Shown piece after piece: positions 47,461 to 63,580 of a DNA stretch of 64,000 nt. Positions within the stretch are counted from its first letter, which is position 1. Each line of letters opens with the position of its first letter. The translations under genes and the position numbers were made by a program. Source of the DNA: the human T2T-CHM13v2.0 reference genome, Homo sapiens; assembly GCF_009914755.1 (NCBI RefSeq), contig NC_060927.1, one strand, 5' to 3'. The notes below the pieces were generated by a model. That model was not told the origin of the DNA. It saw only the letters and a list, made by a program, of their open reading frames with translations, and made no database searches.

Positions 47461-50400
47461 CTATTTTTATCAGCCCGCTCTCTCAGAGGAGATGTCTCTA
47501 TCTGTGATTCATTATATTTACTTTTCTGGGATTCTATCACTCCAATATATGTTGGATTCCTTTGTTATCTTTCGTGATAAAGTTTAAAATACTGGACTTC
47601 CCCCGGTTATAGTAAAACTCATTTCTAGCTCCCTCATCCCTTCTGGAATCACCCTTAATCCATGATACCCTTGGAAGCGGTGGTTTTTACTGCATCACAG
47701 AACTGCAGGTTCCAGAGCATGAGCTGCTGGTTCTCAGCCCCATGTTTTGGATATGCCAAAACTGCCAGAAAGGCCCTGCTATTCTTGCCCAGCCTACCCT
47801 ACCCCTGCCTTGTTACCCTGACTGAACTTGTTACTTCATCCATGATGCCTTTCGTCACACCCCTGCCTGCTTCCCCCACCACCCCACCCTCAGCCTGCTC
47901 ATGACTCCCGCTTTGTTCTTACACACACCACACCTGCATGGCAGCTCCGATCCGACCACGAGGCATGAGTGTGTATCCTCCTTAGCTTCCCCACCTTCAC
48001 TGAAGTCTCAGAGAGCAGGGACCTTCTATTTTCTTCTTTGAGGGCACAGCAGCTAGCATAGTGTCAGGCATTTAGTTGGCTCTCAATATTCGCCAAATTT
48101 TTTTCGGATGAAGAGGGAAGTTGAATATGTTCAGTTCTAAGATTAGTGTTTAAGCAAAGTCAAAACATCTTATGAAAAGTTAGGGAAAATTGACATTTAC
48201 TATATTTAAATTAGAAAATGTTCAATTTTACCTATCATTAACATAAGCAGCTGGTATATGCTTCTTAGGGTTAGCTCTTTCAACCTTTTCATGCACAGAA
48301 TGTGGCTTCAAGAATAATTCCAGGGGAAACTCCTTTTGCTTATATCAAGTGCTATATAAGCATAGATTTTCATGCTGAAAGAAGCCTCATAGAGTGAATG
48401 GAATCATTATGGCCATTTTATAGTTAATCCCACAGGGGTTAAAAACTCTTCCCAAGGTCATCTAGCTAGTTGGCAGTGGAACTGGGTTACCTTTAAGAAT
48501 TAACATAAACAGTCTATGATTCTATGTGGTTGTGAGATTCTAGAAGGAAGATTTGAACTCAGATCTCCTGCACCCCAGTTGTGTTTTTCCACATGCATTT
48601 CTCCTTCCTTGTAGTTTCTTACTCATTTGAACATGACAAATGTAATGATTCCTATATAGTAACAATGCTCATTAGAGCATTCTGATTATAGTAACAGAAG
48701 CCAGTTGAGTTACCTAAAACAAAGGGGCATTAATTATAAACTTCAAAGGTGGAGATGCAGATAGGATGATGGAACTCACGGACAGGGGAACAAAGGTCTG
48801 GAAATTCGGAATGTCATACTCCACATTTTGCATTTTTGACTCTTTCTATCCATATACTTTATTCTTCTTAGTGCAGTCTCATTGTCTCTGGTTCTCAGTT
48901 CACACACAAAAAATATGGCTACTGACAGTTCTGAAGTTTATAGTTTTTTCAGTTCAAGAGATTCATCCCAAGTCCAGATTGTGAGAGAAGGGACATGCAT
49001 TGGACAAGACCAGGCCAGGTGCCCATGCCTGTGGGGTCAGGTGCCCATGCCTGTGGGGCCTGCATAAACATGGCTGCTGGGAGCCATCCCTGCAACCAGG
49101 TACATGCAGGAGAAGTCATTCTCAGGAAAAGGTGAGTGTGGGACCAGGCAGGGAAGCCAGTTTCTGTCCTTTATTTGGAACTATAATCAAGGCAGACAAC
49201 CACAGTAAAGAGATGCAGAGGCAGGGAGTAGTGTAAAACCACCTTACACACAGCTTCCTGGCTTTCCCTTCACTTTAGGTTGTAGCTCAAGTTATTCTTG
49301 GGCTAAAAAATAAGCTCTGTTGGCCCAATTAAACCAGAATTAATCACCAATTCCCCATCTTTATCTGGTAATTTTAGTTCAACATTGCTCAGCTGATGGC
49401 TCATTAAGCCAAGAACTCTCCCAGGTCTCAGTTACCATTTTCAGACAAGACACCTCCTGGGGTGCCTGCCCTGTGGTCTGAAGCTCAAGATGTGGCTCTG
49501 GGTCTCCCTTCCTGAGGGCTAGCTACCCAGAAGGGCTGGTATGACTTCCTCTTGAATGGGTGAGCTGAAGGCATCCAGGGCACCTAGGGAAACTAGTGCA
49601 TAAATACTTGAAGGGGAAAGGACTCTCATGTTCTGATTTGAGTATCATTTCCTTGGGTTGAATAATTAGAGCCTGGCATGTGAGATGTGGAGGGCTTCAA
49701 AGACCATTTGATTTTCAACAGAAAACGGTCTATGGTTTTCTAAAACGACACACCCTGATTCAGCCCAAGGGAAACAGAATGTCTGTGGGTGAGGCCAGGA
49801 ATCTGCATTTTAAGTAAGTCCTCCAAATGACTCCAGTGCCCAAGCAGAGTTGAAGTCCACTGATGTAGGTGGCCCAACTTTCTAGTTTTATACATGAGGC
49901 TACGCAAGTCCAGCAAGGTTCATTTCAGTTGAGAAGAAAAACCATTGATTAAAATAAAAAAAAAAAACCCTAAAAACTTTAAACTGATGAATTCATGTGT
50001 TTGCACCTTTTGAACCCGGTTCACCAAGTGGTTCTCTTTGTGAGGCAGGAGAAGTAGCAGGCCACTTGCAGCTCCTCTCTCTGTCTGATGGGAGACCAGG
50101 TCCTCCCTGGGAAAAGTAGCAAGTTCTCTCCTGCTGGCCTCCTTCCACAGATCACAGCTGCCTTTGGGGAGAATGACAAAAACTGTTCAGGGTTCCTGGG
50201 TAATACGTATCCAGTTTCTGTGCATTCAGGGGAAGAGGAGCGTGGAGCAGAAGGAGAGTGGGCACATGCAAGTCACTCTGATGCCGTCATTTAACTTTAC
50301 AGCTCCGTTGTGCAAAGCTGTTTACAGGTGAGGAAACTGAAGCTCATCTGGGTTAAGCATGCAGGCCAAAGTCACAAGGCTGGCGAGTAATTAGGCCTGG

Positions 50401-50785
50401 ATTCCTCCTACGCAAGTCTCCCTGACTCACATACCCATGCTCTTTCCTTCACACACTGGGCTGATTTTACTACAATGTTGATCGGATTCGGGGACTGTTT
50501 CTTTGGCACTTCTAAATAACACAATTTTGAGACATTAATCACTTGGATTCTACTTTAATTCGATGAATGATTTCAAGGTTAACCTGATGTCTCAAAATTA
50601 AAGCTACAGCTCCTGTTCTACAAACTTGGTTTTACTGTAGCAAAATAGAACTATCAACAAACAAGAGATGTGTGCAATGAAAAGTTTTTAAAAGAATTGT
50701 CTAGATTCAGTAGAGGAGAGAAATAATAGGGCCTATTTTCATTTCCTTTACCCTGGTCTAACTTGTAAAAGGATTTCCCTACCTG

Positions 50786-51481
50786 TGTCACTGGTCATGA
50801 TTGCAAGTTGTCCAGGTTCTTGGCGTTTTGAACAAAGAATTGGACAAAACGCCCAGCAAAGCAAAGAATGGAGCAACAAAAGAACAAAAGCAGGGATTTA
50901 TTGAAAATGAAAGTACACTCCACAGTGTGGAAGTGGGCCCGAGCACCAGCTCAAGGGCCCAAATACAGAATCTTCTTGGGTCCAAATACCCCTGGAAGTT
51001 TCTCATTGGCCACTTCATGCTTACCTCATGTAAATGAAGTGGTAGCCCGCAATCAGTCTGATTGCTTGCAGAAAGCAGCCAACCAGAGGATGAAGTGAAG
51101 TTACAAAGGTCACACTCCTGTGCAAACATCTGATTGGTTGCAAAAAGCAACCAATCAGAGGGTAGGGTGAAGTTACAAAGTTATACTTCTATGCAAACTG
51201 AAGACTCCGTCCACAATCAGTCTGATCAGAGCCACAGTCAGACCATTCAGAGTCTGGAGTGAAGTTACTAAATTGCAAACAAAGTCTCTACCAGCAATAA
51301 GTCTGATTTGTCGCTTACAGACAACTTCCCAACTGCCACGCAGAAAAGGTCAAAGGGAGTAACCTCTGGTCCTTCTGTTACTGAGGCATGGAAAGTTAGG
51401 GTTTTCCTTTCAATTTAGTTCTAGGAAGTCAGTGTGAAAAGCCTTAGGTTCCCTGCCTCCAGTCTCTATTCTCCTGCCTCA
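50786..51481 (-). mobile_element. MER51 solo LTR (ERV1)
   Basis: Minus strand starts TGAGGCAGGAGAATAGAGACTGGAGGCAGGGAACCTAAGGC; repeated CCAAT/ATTGG units; AATAAA; TSD CCTG / CATG. Confidence 0.85.
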
Positions 51482-52025
51482 CATGGCCTTTTGACCTTAT
51501 ATAAAATATGCTTGCTTTTTTGCAGAAAGGTTGGGGTGAAACTCTCCACTCCTGCTTTCATACCATTTGAAGTTCAGACCAGTGAGATTTCCATCAGTTG
51601 GGAGTTGAAGATGCCACAAGGACAAGAACTGAGGATGGTTTGCTCAGAGCTGATTTTTAGACACCATTTTCCAGGGATCCCTGGTGACAGAGGAGCATTT
51701 TTTTTGTGGTTGAGTTCTGAATTAAAAAGTGTCGTACTATATATTTGTTTGGTCATTTCTATGACTTCAGCACTCTCAAAGACTTGGACAGAAGCATAAA
51801 TAAGAGGCAGTGTGAGCATTCTCCAAGTAATCATTCCAAGTTGGTGAGTTCATACTCCACCTAGACCTCATGGCCTCGCCACTCTCAGTAAAACTGGTTT
51901 TTGTGGTTGTCAAAGTCCAACATGGCAAATTTCCCACTGATACTAAGTGAGTTGAAAACTCAAGTTACAGTTGATTTTGCCCTAGGGAATTTTACCAAGA
52001 ACAGCTTTACAGCAGTGGAGAGTTG

Positions 52026-52028
<3 letters not shown>

Positions 52029-52081
<53 letters not shown>
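52029..52081. repeat. (TG)n-(AG)n compound microsatellite
   Basis: Directly visible. Confidence 0.92.
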
Positions 52082-53749
52082 CAGAACGAGTGAGCATATG
52101 TGTTAGAAAGACAGACACCCAAAAAAATGTCAGATTTGGTTTGGCTACACTTCTTGCTCTTCTGGCCCAGGTGGACAGTTGACCTTCCTTCCCCCTACCT
52201 GTTCATAGTCTCTGACTGGCTTTGATGCGGGAGAACTGAAGTCCAAATAAGCATGACCCTAGCCTCTAATACAAACACCGTGCTTCAGATTTCCTCCCCA
52301 GAAAGGGAGTTGAGATTCTAACTAGCTGAGTCATCTAGTGACAACTCCCTTCATTGTGTTATGTTACAAAAACATAGTTGTTCACTATGGGAACCCGGAT
52401 GGGAAATCCATTCCACTTTCAGGTTAAACCGTTAGCCTGGCCAAATGACTGTAAGATTCTACAAGGTCCTGATTTTTCAATAATGCCTTCACCATGATTT
52501 GGAAATTACTTTTTCAGACTTAGAAGGTGAGGAAAACTTGAGCAAGAATTGCAAAGGAACTGAAAAACCAATTTGAAACATAAACATTATCTGGAATGTT
52601 TATAATGCATTTATTCCTTGTCCAATAGAAACCAAATAAGCTTCTCTGATGAGACCCTTCAGAATAGCTGTCCCTAAGAGGAACTAAATCAGGAATTGGG
52701 GATAGCTGGCAAGAAGACATCAAAGAAAGCTCAGGATGTGGAATCTCTACATTGCCCTGGATCTTCTTTTGCAGGTGCAGGTTCCTAGAGTTCTTATTCA
52801 CCATCCTGAGGACACCAGGGGAATAAAAAGGATTGCAGGGCCTCGTCCTTCTTGACCTTCTCCCCCTCTGATTTCCTGACTGTCTTCTCAATGGTCCTGA
52901 TGTCTTCTATAATGACTCGATGTTTTTAGGAATCAGAGTCCTGGACACAGAGACACATCCAGGTTTGGCACCAGGCTTGTGTGAGTTCTTTTCTATTTTT
53001 TTAATGAAGAAGAAGGAAGAACATAAACAAGTGTAAGTGGAAAGCATTTTTTTTCCTTCTAGATCACATATGTGACATTTTACAGGGATTTCTTCTAGGT
53101 TGTCAATACATTAAAGACAACTAAAAAGATTATTACAGGGAATTCTTAAAGTCTTAAAGGAAGATAGTCTCACAGGAGGATGAGATCTCTGACAAATCAA
53201 TATGTTAATTATTGTCTGAAAAGGATGTGGAGCAAGATTTTCCCCTCATTTTCATTCTTCAGTTAGAGCTTCTGATCAACATAAGGATCATTCACCCAAC
53301 AAATATTTACTGAGTAATCCCTGAATGTCAGGCATGAGTCTAAGAGCGTCACACTCATATCTTACTACGTTCCACAGCAACCTTCTGAGGTAGGTGCTAT
53401 CGTAAACACTATCACACAGGGTATAAAACTGTAAGAGCTTAAGTGCCTTTCCCAAGGCTTCACAGATTGTCCAGCGTGGCCAGAATTTTAATTCAGGCAG
53501 TCTAGATCCAGAGCCTCTTAATCACTGTACGGTGTTGCCTCCAACCTGGAGGAACTGGTCTGAAGAGAACAAGTATTACCACGAGTGTTAATACCATTAT
53601 AGGTAAAATACACGTAGTGCCTAGATATTGGTTTCTAAATACGGTTCTCCAATGAAAGGAATGAAGGCACTTTGGACTTCGGAGAAGTGGTGGCTGATAT
53701 CAGGGCTGAAACAACAATATGAGATGATTATGGAATATTTTGTGCTGGT

Positions 53750-54175
53750 GTTCTGTGTTCTTTCATGAGATGATCATTCAGGTGAGGTCACAAGAGGACA
53801 TATAAGGAGGCTCAGGAAAACACAGTTTACTGTACTCACAGATCCTAAAGACAAGAGGCACAGGACACCACAAAGGGCCTTGGGGGAAAGCTCTGGGGTG
53901 GCCAGGAGGCAGAGGGGCAGGAGTGAGAGGAGATCCAGGCCCATGGTCATGTGAAAAGCAGGGCAAGATGAACTGTTTAGGTTTGAATACTTTCCATAGG
54001 CTCTAAGCCATAGAGGTGTCCCCTAGTTGCCTGGTACCTGGCCTTGGAATGACTAAAGCAGAGAAGGGTTACCTCTTGTGTGTATAGCCAAATAGAAGAG
54101 ATAAGGATCTGGTCTGGTTAGTTTACATATTAGAGACATGCTCCTGGCTGAGAGGGGTGTTGGTCTCTGTCCCCA
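53750..54175 (-). mobile_element. ERVL LTR (MER74/MER73-like)
   Basis: CAGTTTACTGTACTCACAG...GCCAGGAGGCAGAGG...CCCCTAGTTGCCTGGTACCTGGCC. Confidence 0.6.
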
Positions 54176-54179
54176 GCTC

Positions 54180-54465
54180 TACTGGGAAAGGATTCACTTT
54201 GAAGCTTACTCAGGTTGTTGGCAGAATTTATTTCCTAGTATTTGTAGGACTCATGATTTTTCGAAGTCAGCAGGAGAGCAAGACTCTAGAGTGAGTCTAC
54301 CAGCAAGACAGATCCTTACATAATGTAACACAATCACAGGAGTGACATCCCATCACCTTTGCCTTATCTTATTGATTAGAAGCAAGTCACAGGTCCCACC
54401 CACACTCAAGAGGAGGGGATTATATGAGGATGTGAATACTAGGAGTCAGGGATTTGGCGGGGACA
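54180..54465 (-). mobile_element. MLT1 LTR fragment
   Basis: CAGGTTGTTGGCAGAATT...TTAGAAGCAAGTCACAGGTCCCACCCACACTCAAG. Confidence 0.7.
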
Positions 54466-55473
54466 TGATAAAGTTGGCCATGGTGATGCTGTGTTCTCAT
54501 TGCATCCTATGAGGTGGTTTACCATACCCCTTAGTCTACTACAAGCGATGTTTACTTGAATCACTTGATGAAGGTGGTGTCCACCAGGCTTCTCCAGTGC
54601 ACTTACTCTTTTCCCCCTTTGTAAATAGTATTTTGTGGGGAGATGCATTCAGACAATGTCAATATTGCTTTTTCATCAAACTTTTAGTTAATATCTCTAT
54701 GAACTCATGAAGTCCTATTTTGTTCAATGAATTATAATCCATTACTAGTGCTCAAATTGTCCCAGATTTGGCCTGTGAAAGCCCTTTAAAGCTGGCTCCT
54801 GTGTCCTTTTCACAGGACATTATTCTTTGGCCACTTCCTTACTTTCTGGATGTATTATTTATATTTTTTATTTTCTGTATATTATAATGTTTTGATTTCT
54901 TAAAAATCTTGATTATAGCCTCATAGAATACCCAGCTAAACTGCCCAGTCTTGATCCACAGGAACTGTGAGATAATAATTATGTGTTGCTTTTAGCTGCT
55001 ATGTGAAAATTGATTGACCGCAATACAGAAAACCAATATAGTTGTTTCTATTTTATTCTTGCCAAAGATGCCTGCAATCTTCACTTGCATCAAGATAACA
55101 AAAGTAAGGAAAGACTGAGGAAACATGCTAGGTTGAAGGAGACTGAGGACATATAACCACACAATGCAAGATACTATTTTGAATTGGATACTGGACCGGA
55201 GGGAAAACTATTGCTATTAAGGACATTACTCTGACAATTGGTAAAATTTAAAATTGGTAAAATTTAAATATGGACTGTGGGTTAGATAACAGCATTTTAT
55301 AAATGTTTAATTTCCTCATTTTCATTATTATAGTATGGTGGTTATGTAGAAAATTATAAAGTGAATATGACAAGATGTTAATTTGTGAATGTAGTAAAGG
55401 GTATATGGGAGGTATTCGTACTATTCGTGCAACTTGGTAGTAAGTTTGAAGTTATTTCAACATAAAAAGAATA

Positions 55474-55760
55474 GTCCAGCCATGTTTATTCATACCTGTA
55501 ATCCCAAGACTTTGGGAGGCCGAGGCAGGAGGATCTCTTCAGCCCAGGAGTTCGAGAATAGCCTGGGCAACACAGTGAGACATCAGGTCTACAAAAATAT
55601 CAAAAAATTAGTCAGGCATTGTGGCATACACCTGTAGTCCCAGCTACTCAGGAGGCTTAGGTGGGAGGATTGCTTAAGCCCAGGAAGTCAGGGCTGCAGT
55701 GAGTTGTGATTGCACCACTTAAGCCTGGGTGACAGAGTGAAAAAATAAAAAATAAAGAAA
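55474..55760 (+). mobile_element. AluJ
   Basis: Diverged dimer with J-type motifs and an A-tail. Confidence 0.88.
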
Positions 55761-56059
55761 ATTTATATTGTTAGATTTTATTTTTAGAATAGTATTGGAA
55801 ATCATTCAAATAGCTCTTTTGCCTCTGTGGGAACTTTAGGGACTTGGGGAGCACTAACATATAAGATACTCACCTACCAGTGTCACATAGGTATAAAGAG
55901 CATGAATGATACATAACCTTTTATCACATTATATAGGTTTTGTGTGTTGTCAGGAATTTGATGTCAAGGCTTCCCTTTATGACTAATTCTTATGTGTCAT
56001 TCACCTAGAAGCAATAATCCTTGGATTGGTGTGCAGTAAATTTGGTGTGACAACAATGT

Positions 56060-56500
56060 TGTCATTGGTAGACCCTGATGAGACACAGTCCAGCTCTCTT
56101 TCTGGCCTGAGGCCCTTGTTCCTCCTCCTGCTGACAGCGTGCTATGAGTGTTAGCCATCCACAGCCCAGACTCTCTCAGGGACTGCCCTCTGCCTAAGGA
56201 AGCTGCGTCACCCAAGCCATGGCCCCTCCCTGAGGAGAAGCCATCTCTAACCACTGAGGAGGCGGACTATACCTGGCTTCCTTGCCTCAAGTGACAAACT
56301 CGGTAGGGCCATCCTAGCTCCACAGCTGTCTGTGGGGTTGGCCGAGGCCTCCGTTGAACTGCATCAGAGTTCATCTGCTGCCCAGCCCTGCTTCTCTCAC
56401 TCCTCTCCCCTCATAGGGATGATCCTGAGGGCACTCCCTGAGAGACAACCTGCAAGCTCATCTCCACCCACAATCTGTTTCCCAGGGAAGCCCGTAGTCA
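56060..56500 (+). mobile_element. LTR16-like ERVL LTR
   Basis: GGCCATCCTAGCTCCAC...CTGCCCAGCCCTGCTTC...TCTGTTTCCCAGGGAA. Confidence 0.7.
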
Positions 56501-56799
56501 GCACATGCCTTCTCCAAACCCATCAACTCACCTCCCGAACCCCAGGCTGCCCGACGACATTGCTGCTGCTTCCTATGGAATGCAGACAGGAACATTTCTG
56601 ATCCATAAGGAACATGAATTTTTAAATTCCGATTAAAAAAAATCCCAACACATGTATAGGGCCTAAAAGAAATGAGTTAGTTCAACTCCCTACTGCCAAA
56701 TTTGGCAAAAAAAAAAAAAAAAAAAACCAACAAAACAAAAGGGTATTTCTCAGACCCTCTTGTGATACAATGTCCCTTTTCAGGACAAATTGATGTTTA

Positions 56800-58335
<1,536 letters not shown>

Positions 58336-59096
58336 GCCCCGTAATTTTTTTAACTTTTATTTGAAATTTTATCATGTATATTTATTATTTTATTTATTCC
58401 ACACAAATTATACATAAGTACACAGGTGAAAAAAAAGTCAAAGTAAAAAATTTTCCCACGCCTTTCCCATGCTACTTCCTCTGCCAGAGATAACTATAGT
58501 TAGCAATTTGTTGTGAATTCTTCTAGAGTTTTTCTTAGATAGTATTGTTACCTAAATAAGACTAAGGCACTTAAGATTCCAGATTATATTTTAATCTATT
58601 TGGAATATTCAAAGAAACAGAAGTCTGAGAGAAAAATATAATGGACTGCAATTTAAATCTTCTTTGGGATCAACAGCCAGAGCCTCCGCATTGCCAACTC
58701 CAGGGGGTGCTGTGTACATTCAGGTCTCTGTGACTGATGTCCCCTGGCGTTTGCAACACAGCAAACCTGCTAACAAACCAATAGTACAATGAGCAAGGGG
58801 TATGAACACACAGAAAAGAAGATGGTTCATAAATATATGAAAAGATGTTCAAATTTGCTTTTGACAAGAGAGTGCAAAATAAAACCACCAAAATATTATT
58901 TTTCATCTCTCGGATTGGCAAGGATTAAAATGCTTGTTAACATACCCTTATTCAGTGTTGGTAGAACGACTGCATTTTCAGCAGTTTGGCAATATGTATT
59001 CAATTATAAATTTATTTGCAGTTGCTAATTTAAAACACTTCTAAAAATATACCCTACACATACACTTGAGTGTTTGGGAAATGATGTATGTATAAG

Positions 59097-59500
59097 GCAG
59101 GGTTTCTTAACTCTAAGTAAAATTTGTCATTTCCTTTAATTATGAAAGCAAGCAGGAAACCATGATAGTATCAGCCTATGCCTTTGTTACCAATAAAATC
59201 ACAGATATTTTACATCACATTACAATTGTTGCAGATATTTTGAAACAGCATTTATGCTCACTCATATTTTGAAATTACAAGAATTTGATCCACTGCTAGA
59301 TCTTATTAAGTTTTAATAAATAAGTACATATATTTCTAAATAAATGTTTATATAAAGAATATTTTGATACCTATATATCAGCATAATTGGTTTCCTTTTA
59401 ATCCTGAGAATTTTGCATGCACTTGAAAATATTTTATTAAGAAGAAATTAATAGGCTTCACCAGACTGCCAAAGGGGTTCATGACACAAAATAAATTAAA
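59097..59500. mobile_element. MER113-like element inside an old L1ME
   Basis: CAGGGTTTCTTAAC...ATAGGCTTCACCAGACTGCCAAAGGGGTTCATGACACAAAA. Confidence 0.65.
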
Positions 59501-62500
59501 AATTTACAGCATCGTGTATATAATAGCAAATGATCAAAGCAACCAAAAGTGGAAACTGACCAAAAACCATTTGTACCTTGCTATAGTGAATACTCTGCAG
59601 CTGAAAAAAAAAAGGAATGAAGAATCTGCCTAATAAAATGAAACAATATCCAAGATATTTTACAGAGAGTAAAGCAGGATACAAAATAATTTATGTAGCA
59701 AGCTGCTACTTGTTTAAAAAAAATGAAAGAGAGAGTGAATATATACAAATGTCTGTTTGCTTGTATGTGCATAAAATAGCTCTGGAGGACACACAGTAAA
59801 CTGATAATATTGGTGGCTTCTGGGGATGAGAACTGGGTGGTTTGGGGCTGGAGTGTTATGGAGACTTTTTCCTGATAAAACCTACAGGACCTTTAAAAAT
59901 TTTGAACCTTGCAAAAGTATAATCTATTCAAAAATTAAATTTAAAAAAGGGAACACTTAAGAACTCCTTACTGGAGTCTGTACAGGAGATTCATACATAG
60001 CCCCAAGGCAACACCTGGTCGAGTCCTGTCTCTCCTCCTCTGTGGAGCCTCAGCCTGCTCTGCAGCAAGCCTTGTAGCTTCTATGCCCTCAATCTCCTAT
60101 TCTGAACCCCCAATCATAACTTTCTCTCTAAGGCTTCTTTGGCTCTTGCCTTTTCCAACACCTTTAGCATTTTCTCATTAGCCTAGTTTAATGCAGAACA
60201 AGCGCACTCCAGCCCTGTCTCTCTATTTTTGCTGCACACAAATTGTTACAAGTCAACTAGGCATTGGTGGAACTGTTCTTAATGGGCAATGAAGTATGTG
60301 AATATTCACAAGTTTTTTGTTTCAAATATTTTTTATGTTTTCATAATATAATTATTTTAAAATAAAATCCTATTCATAGAATGAGGGTAAATTTTTAGTT
60401 TGTTGGTCACAAGTGGGGCCTAATCACTACTAGTTGTAAGAGGTCATAAATATTATGAGATTAGATCACTGAAATATTTCATCTTCCCAAAACTCCTCTG
60501 ATAAATTTTCCACTCTTTCAAAAATGAAGCCAAGTTTCAGCACAGTACAGTGATGACCACCCTTGTCCAATACATCTTTGGCAATATAGGGTAAATTTAT
60601 ACTATAAAAGTAAAATATTTTGAAGAAAACGTTAATGCCAAGCCCTGAGTGATGATACTAGCATGAGTAATGATTGCCAAAATTATGCAAGTTTCAAAAC
60701 AAATTTAAGCAGGGTTTATAAATATTTGTTTAGAGCCTTATAACAAATGCTGACTCTTCTTGAGATTTGTGTCAGCAGAAGGAAGCCTGCTATATTTTTG
60801 GAAAATATTTTGTTTAAAAGGTTCTTTGTATGATCAACAAAACTATAGCAAGGTCTTTCCAAAAGAATCTGCATGAACAAATAATTTAAAATTAAAATAT
60901 AACCTTATTATTTTTACGGCGGACTCTGGGAAAATATCTGAGTTCTCAACAGAAACTGCCAGTTTGTTTTTGAGTGAGAGATGTGTTTTCTTTGGAGTCA
61001 TGAACAGGATGAAGAAAACTGGGACAACTGCCAAGACTGGGCTTTGGGTATCTCCATGCTGCAGAACAGAACAGGGCAGCCAGTGGATGTGGTGGGGGTG
61101 GGATTTAGAGAGGAGAGGGATAAAATTTCCTGTGGCTTCTGAAGAGCTGAATAACAAGGTCAGTTATTAAGAAAGGAATAACTGATATTTCCAGCTTCTT
61201 TTCTCATCCATGACACCTAGTACAAAAGTTTTCCCAGATTGCGTTCACAAAGGAGGGGCATGGAGGTTAAGTCTTCGGAGTTGAAGACACAGAAGCTACC
61301 CAATTTAAGGAAACATTTGATTTTCCTCAGGCTAGGAGTGGGGAGTGTGCACAGGAATCAGGCAGGTTTCTGGAAGGGCCTTGGCTTCTTCATACACGTG
61401 TGCTAGCCAGGAATTATTTTGGGATGTGCTTTAGAAGCTCAACACTTAACGCCAAGCTCACAGGAGACATTGAGATCCTGAAGGTCTCTGTGAACCTGTG
61501 TGTGGTCAAGGAGTGGACCACCCTGAGGTGCATCTCTGGTCTGGCTGGAACATATGGCCTGTCCAATGCTTTCAAACACTGGTGAGCCACCGAAGACTCT
61601 GACAAGGAACCTGCAAGCTTCTGTCACTCCAAACACTAGGAGATTTTTGGATGAACACCAAAGCCGCCAAATATTACTGAGATTGAATTTTCTACCGTCA
61701 CATGAGTGAAAGTACAGAACTAATTTTTCTGTCACATTTACACACCAGAAAGTGGCACAGTGACATTCGTACCTGCTATATTGGAAGTATTTCTATGCAG
61801 TCAAGTTTAAAGTTCACCTTCCCTGGGCTACTACTGCTCCCATGCAAACACACATGCACGCACACACTTCTGTCAACATCTTAGAAGTAAGATCGGCTGG
61901 GGCTGGCTAACCTCCCTACCCTTCTTTACATACCCTTCAGTCTTCATGTTGCCTGTCTCATTTGTCTCCTTTTACTTGTTGGCCTCGTTCACTTTTCATT
62001 CAATTAATTCTGCAGAAAATCTAAAGAACCTAATATTTGCCTGTAACTCAAGGGCATAATTTCGGTCTCAAAATGGTCACAGTCTAGAGTTTGATGTTGA
62101 GTCGAGGGTAGAAGGGTATGGTGGGAGGACATGACAGCACTGCCTGCCCATGGAAGGAGGACAGGGGATTTTAGCAGTACAGAGGAGTAGGTAACCCAAT
62201 CTGGAACAAGAGTAGGGGTCAGGTGAAAATTTTACAAGAAACTGATGACTTAGTATTAGCAGATCTTAAGTTGCAGAGAGTAAATAGGGACAAGAAGAGC
62301 ATTCTAGGGAGATAGATTAGTCAGGAAAATTCATGGGGACATGAAAAATATGGTCTGCTTCCTGAACCTCAGAGTTTAGCATTGTAAAAATATAAGCTCC
62401 AGGGGGAGCAACCAAACACTCTTTCTCCCCATTCTTGTGCGGTTTCTAAACATGCTCTGCAAACTGCCCTTAATAGTCATCTAACTTATTTTTCCACCTC

Positions 62501-63580
62501 TCAAGAGTCTGCCCAGTGTGGATCCATGTAAGAAGCAGCAGCAAACCAAGCAAAATGATTTCTAGCAGCAAAATGAAAGACTCAACTAGACTGTTGGGAG
62601 AGTTTTATCAGACAATTCCTGAGCTTCTCCTGCTATATAGGATTAATCAATATATATTAATCAAATGCCTGGACCCTTTCATTTCTGTACCTAGATTAAG
62701 ATTTGTAATATAATCGTTTTTTGAGAACAAGCATATATTAACAGATGTTACTGCAAGAAATATATTATCTCATGTGAACAGATTGAATGTATAATGTAGT
62801 GCTTGTCAGTTGAAAATAAAATTATGAAATTATTTCATGCATAATTTGATTACCTAGGCTGACAGGACACAGAGAGTTAGGTCAGGGCATGGATTTTCAC
62901 ATAAACACAAATGTTGTTTTCAGACTCAATGCAGAAGGTCTTCTTCAAGGTAAGATCTTATCGTTGGCTGATTCCTCCACATAGATATTCCTTCCCTTTC
63001 CACTTTATTCTGTCTTAAACTGTCATTCCTTTCAGGAAATGTCCCATGAACCAAACTCATTTTGTTTTCAGCACAACGCTAATTTTGCCAAGAATAAAAA
63101 GGGACATCATTTCTATGAATGTTTATTGCACATGTGCTATCTGTCAAGAATTCATTCAATCAAGTAAATAAATGGAAGAGATGATGAAATTAAGGAATTG
63201 TTGCCCTAACATCTCTCTTCCTTAAAAAAAAAAAAGTTTTGAAAATTTTGTTCCTAGGGAATAATTTAAGATTTTCAGTGAATGTCTTTTTAGAGCAAGT
63301 TTTTAAAACTTTTATTTGCACTGTGGACCCATGTGGTAGCAGAGTGACACCTGTACCCCTCTCAGAGTAATGTTTTTAAAGGCATAAAATAGAATACATA
63401 AGATTCTATTTGAAATAGACAATTGAAATAGAAAAATAATTATATGGAAATACAATTATCAAAATGACTCTTAAAACTTCATTATAAAATAACATATGTG
63501 TGTTTCTTAACATATTAAATAATAAGATCCAGCTACCGTATTTTGAAGTTGTGATGAGTGCAAAGGATAGTTTCAAGGTA

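Noticed and set aside
49016-49059. 22-bp tandem duplication CAGGTGCCCATGCCTGTGGGG; similar small duplications at ~28288-28322 and ~39446-39498
   Set aside because: Ordinary slippage duplications in old repeats or introns, with no further structure.
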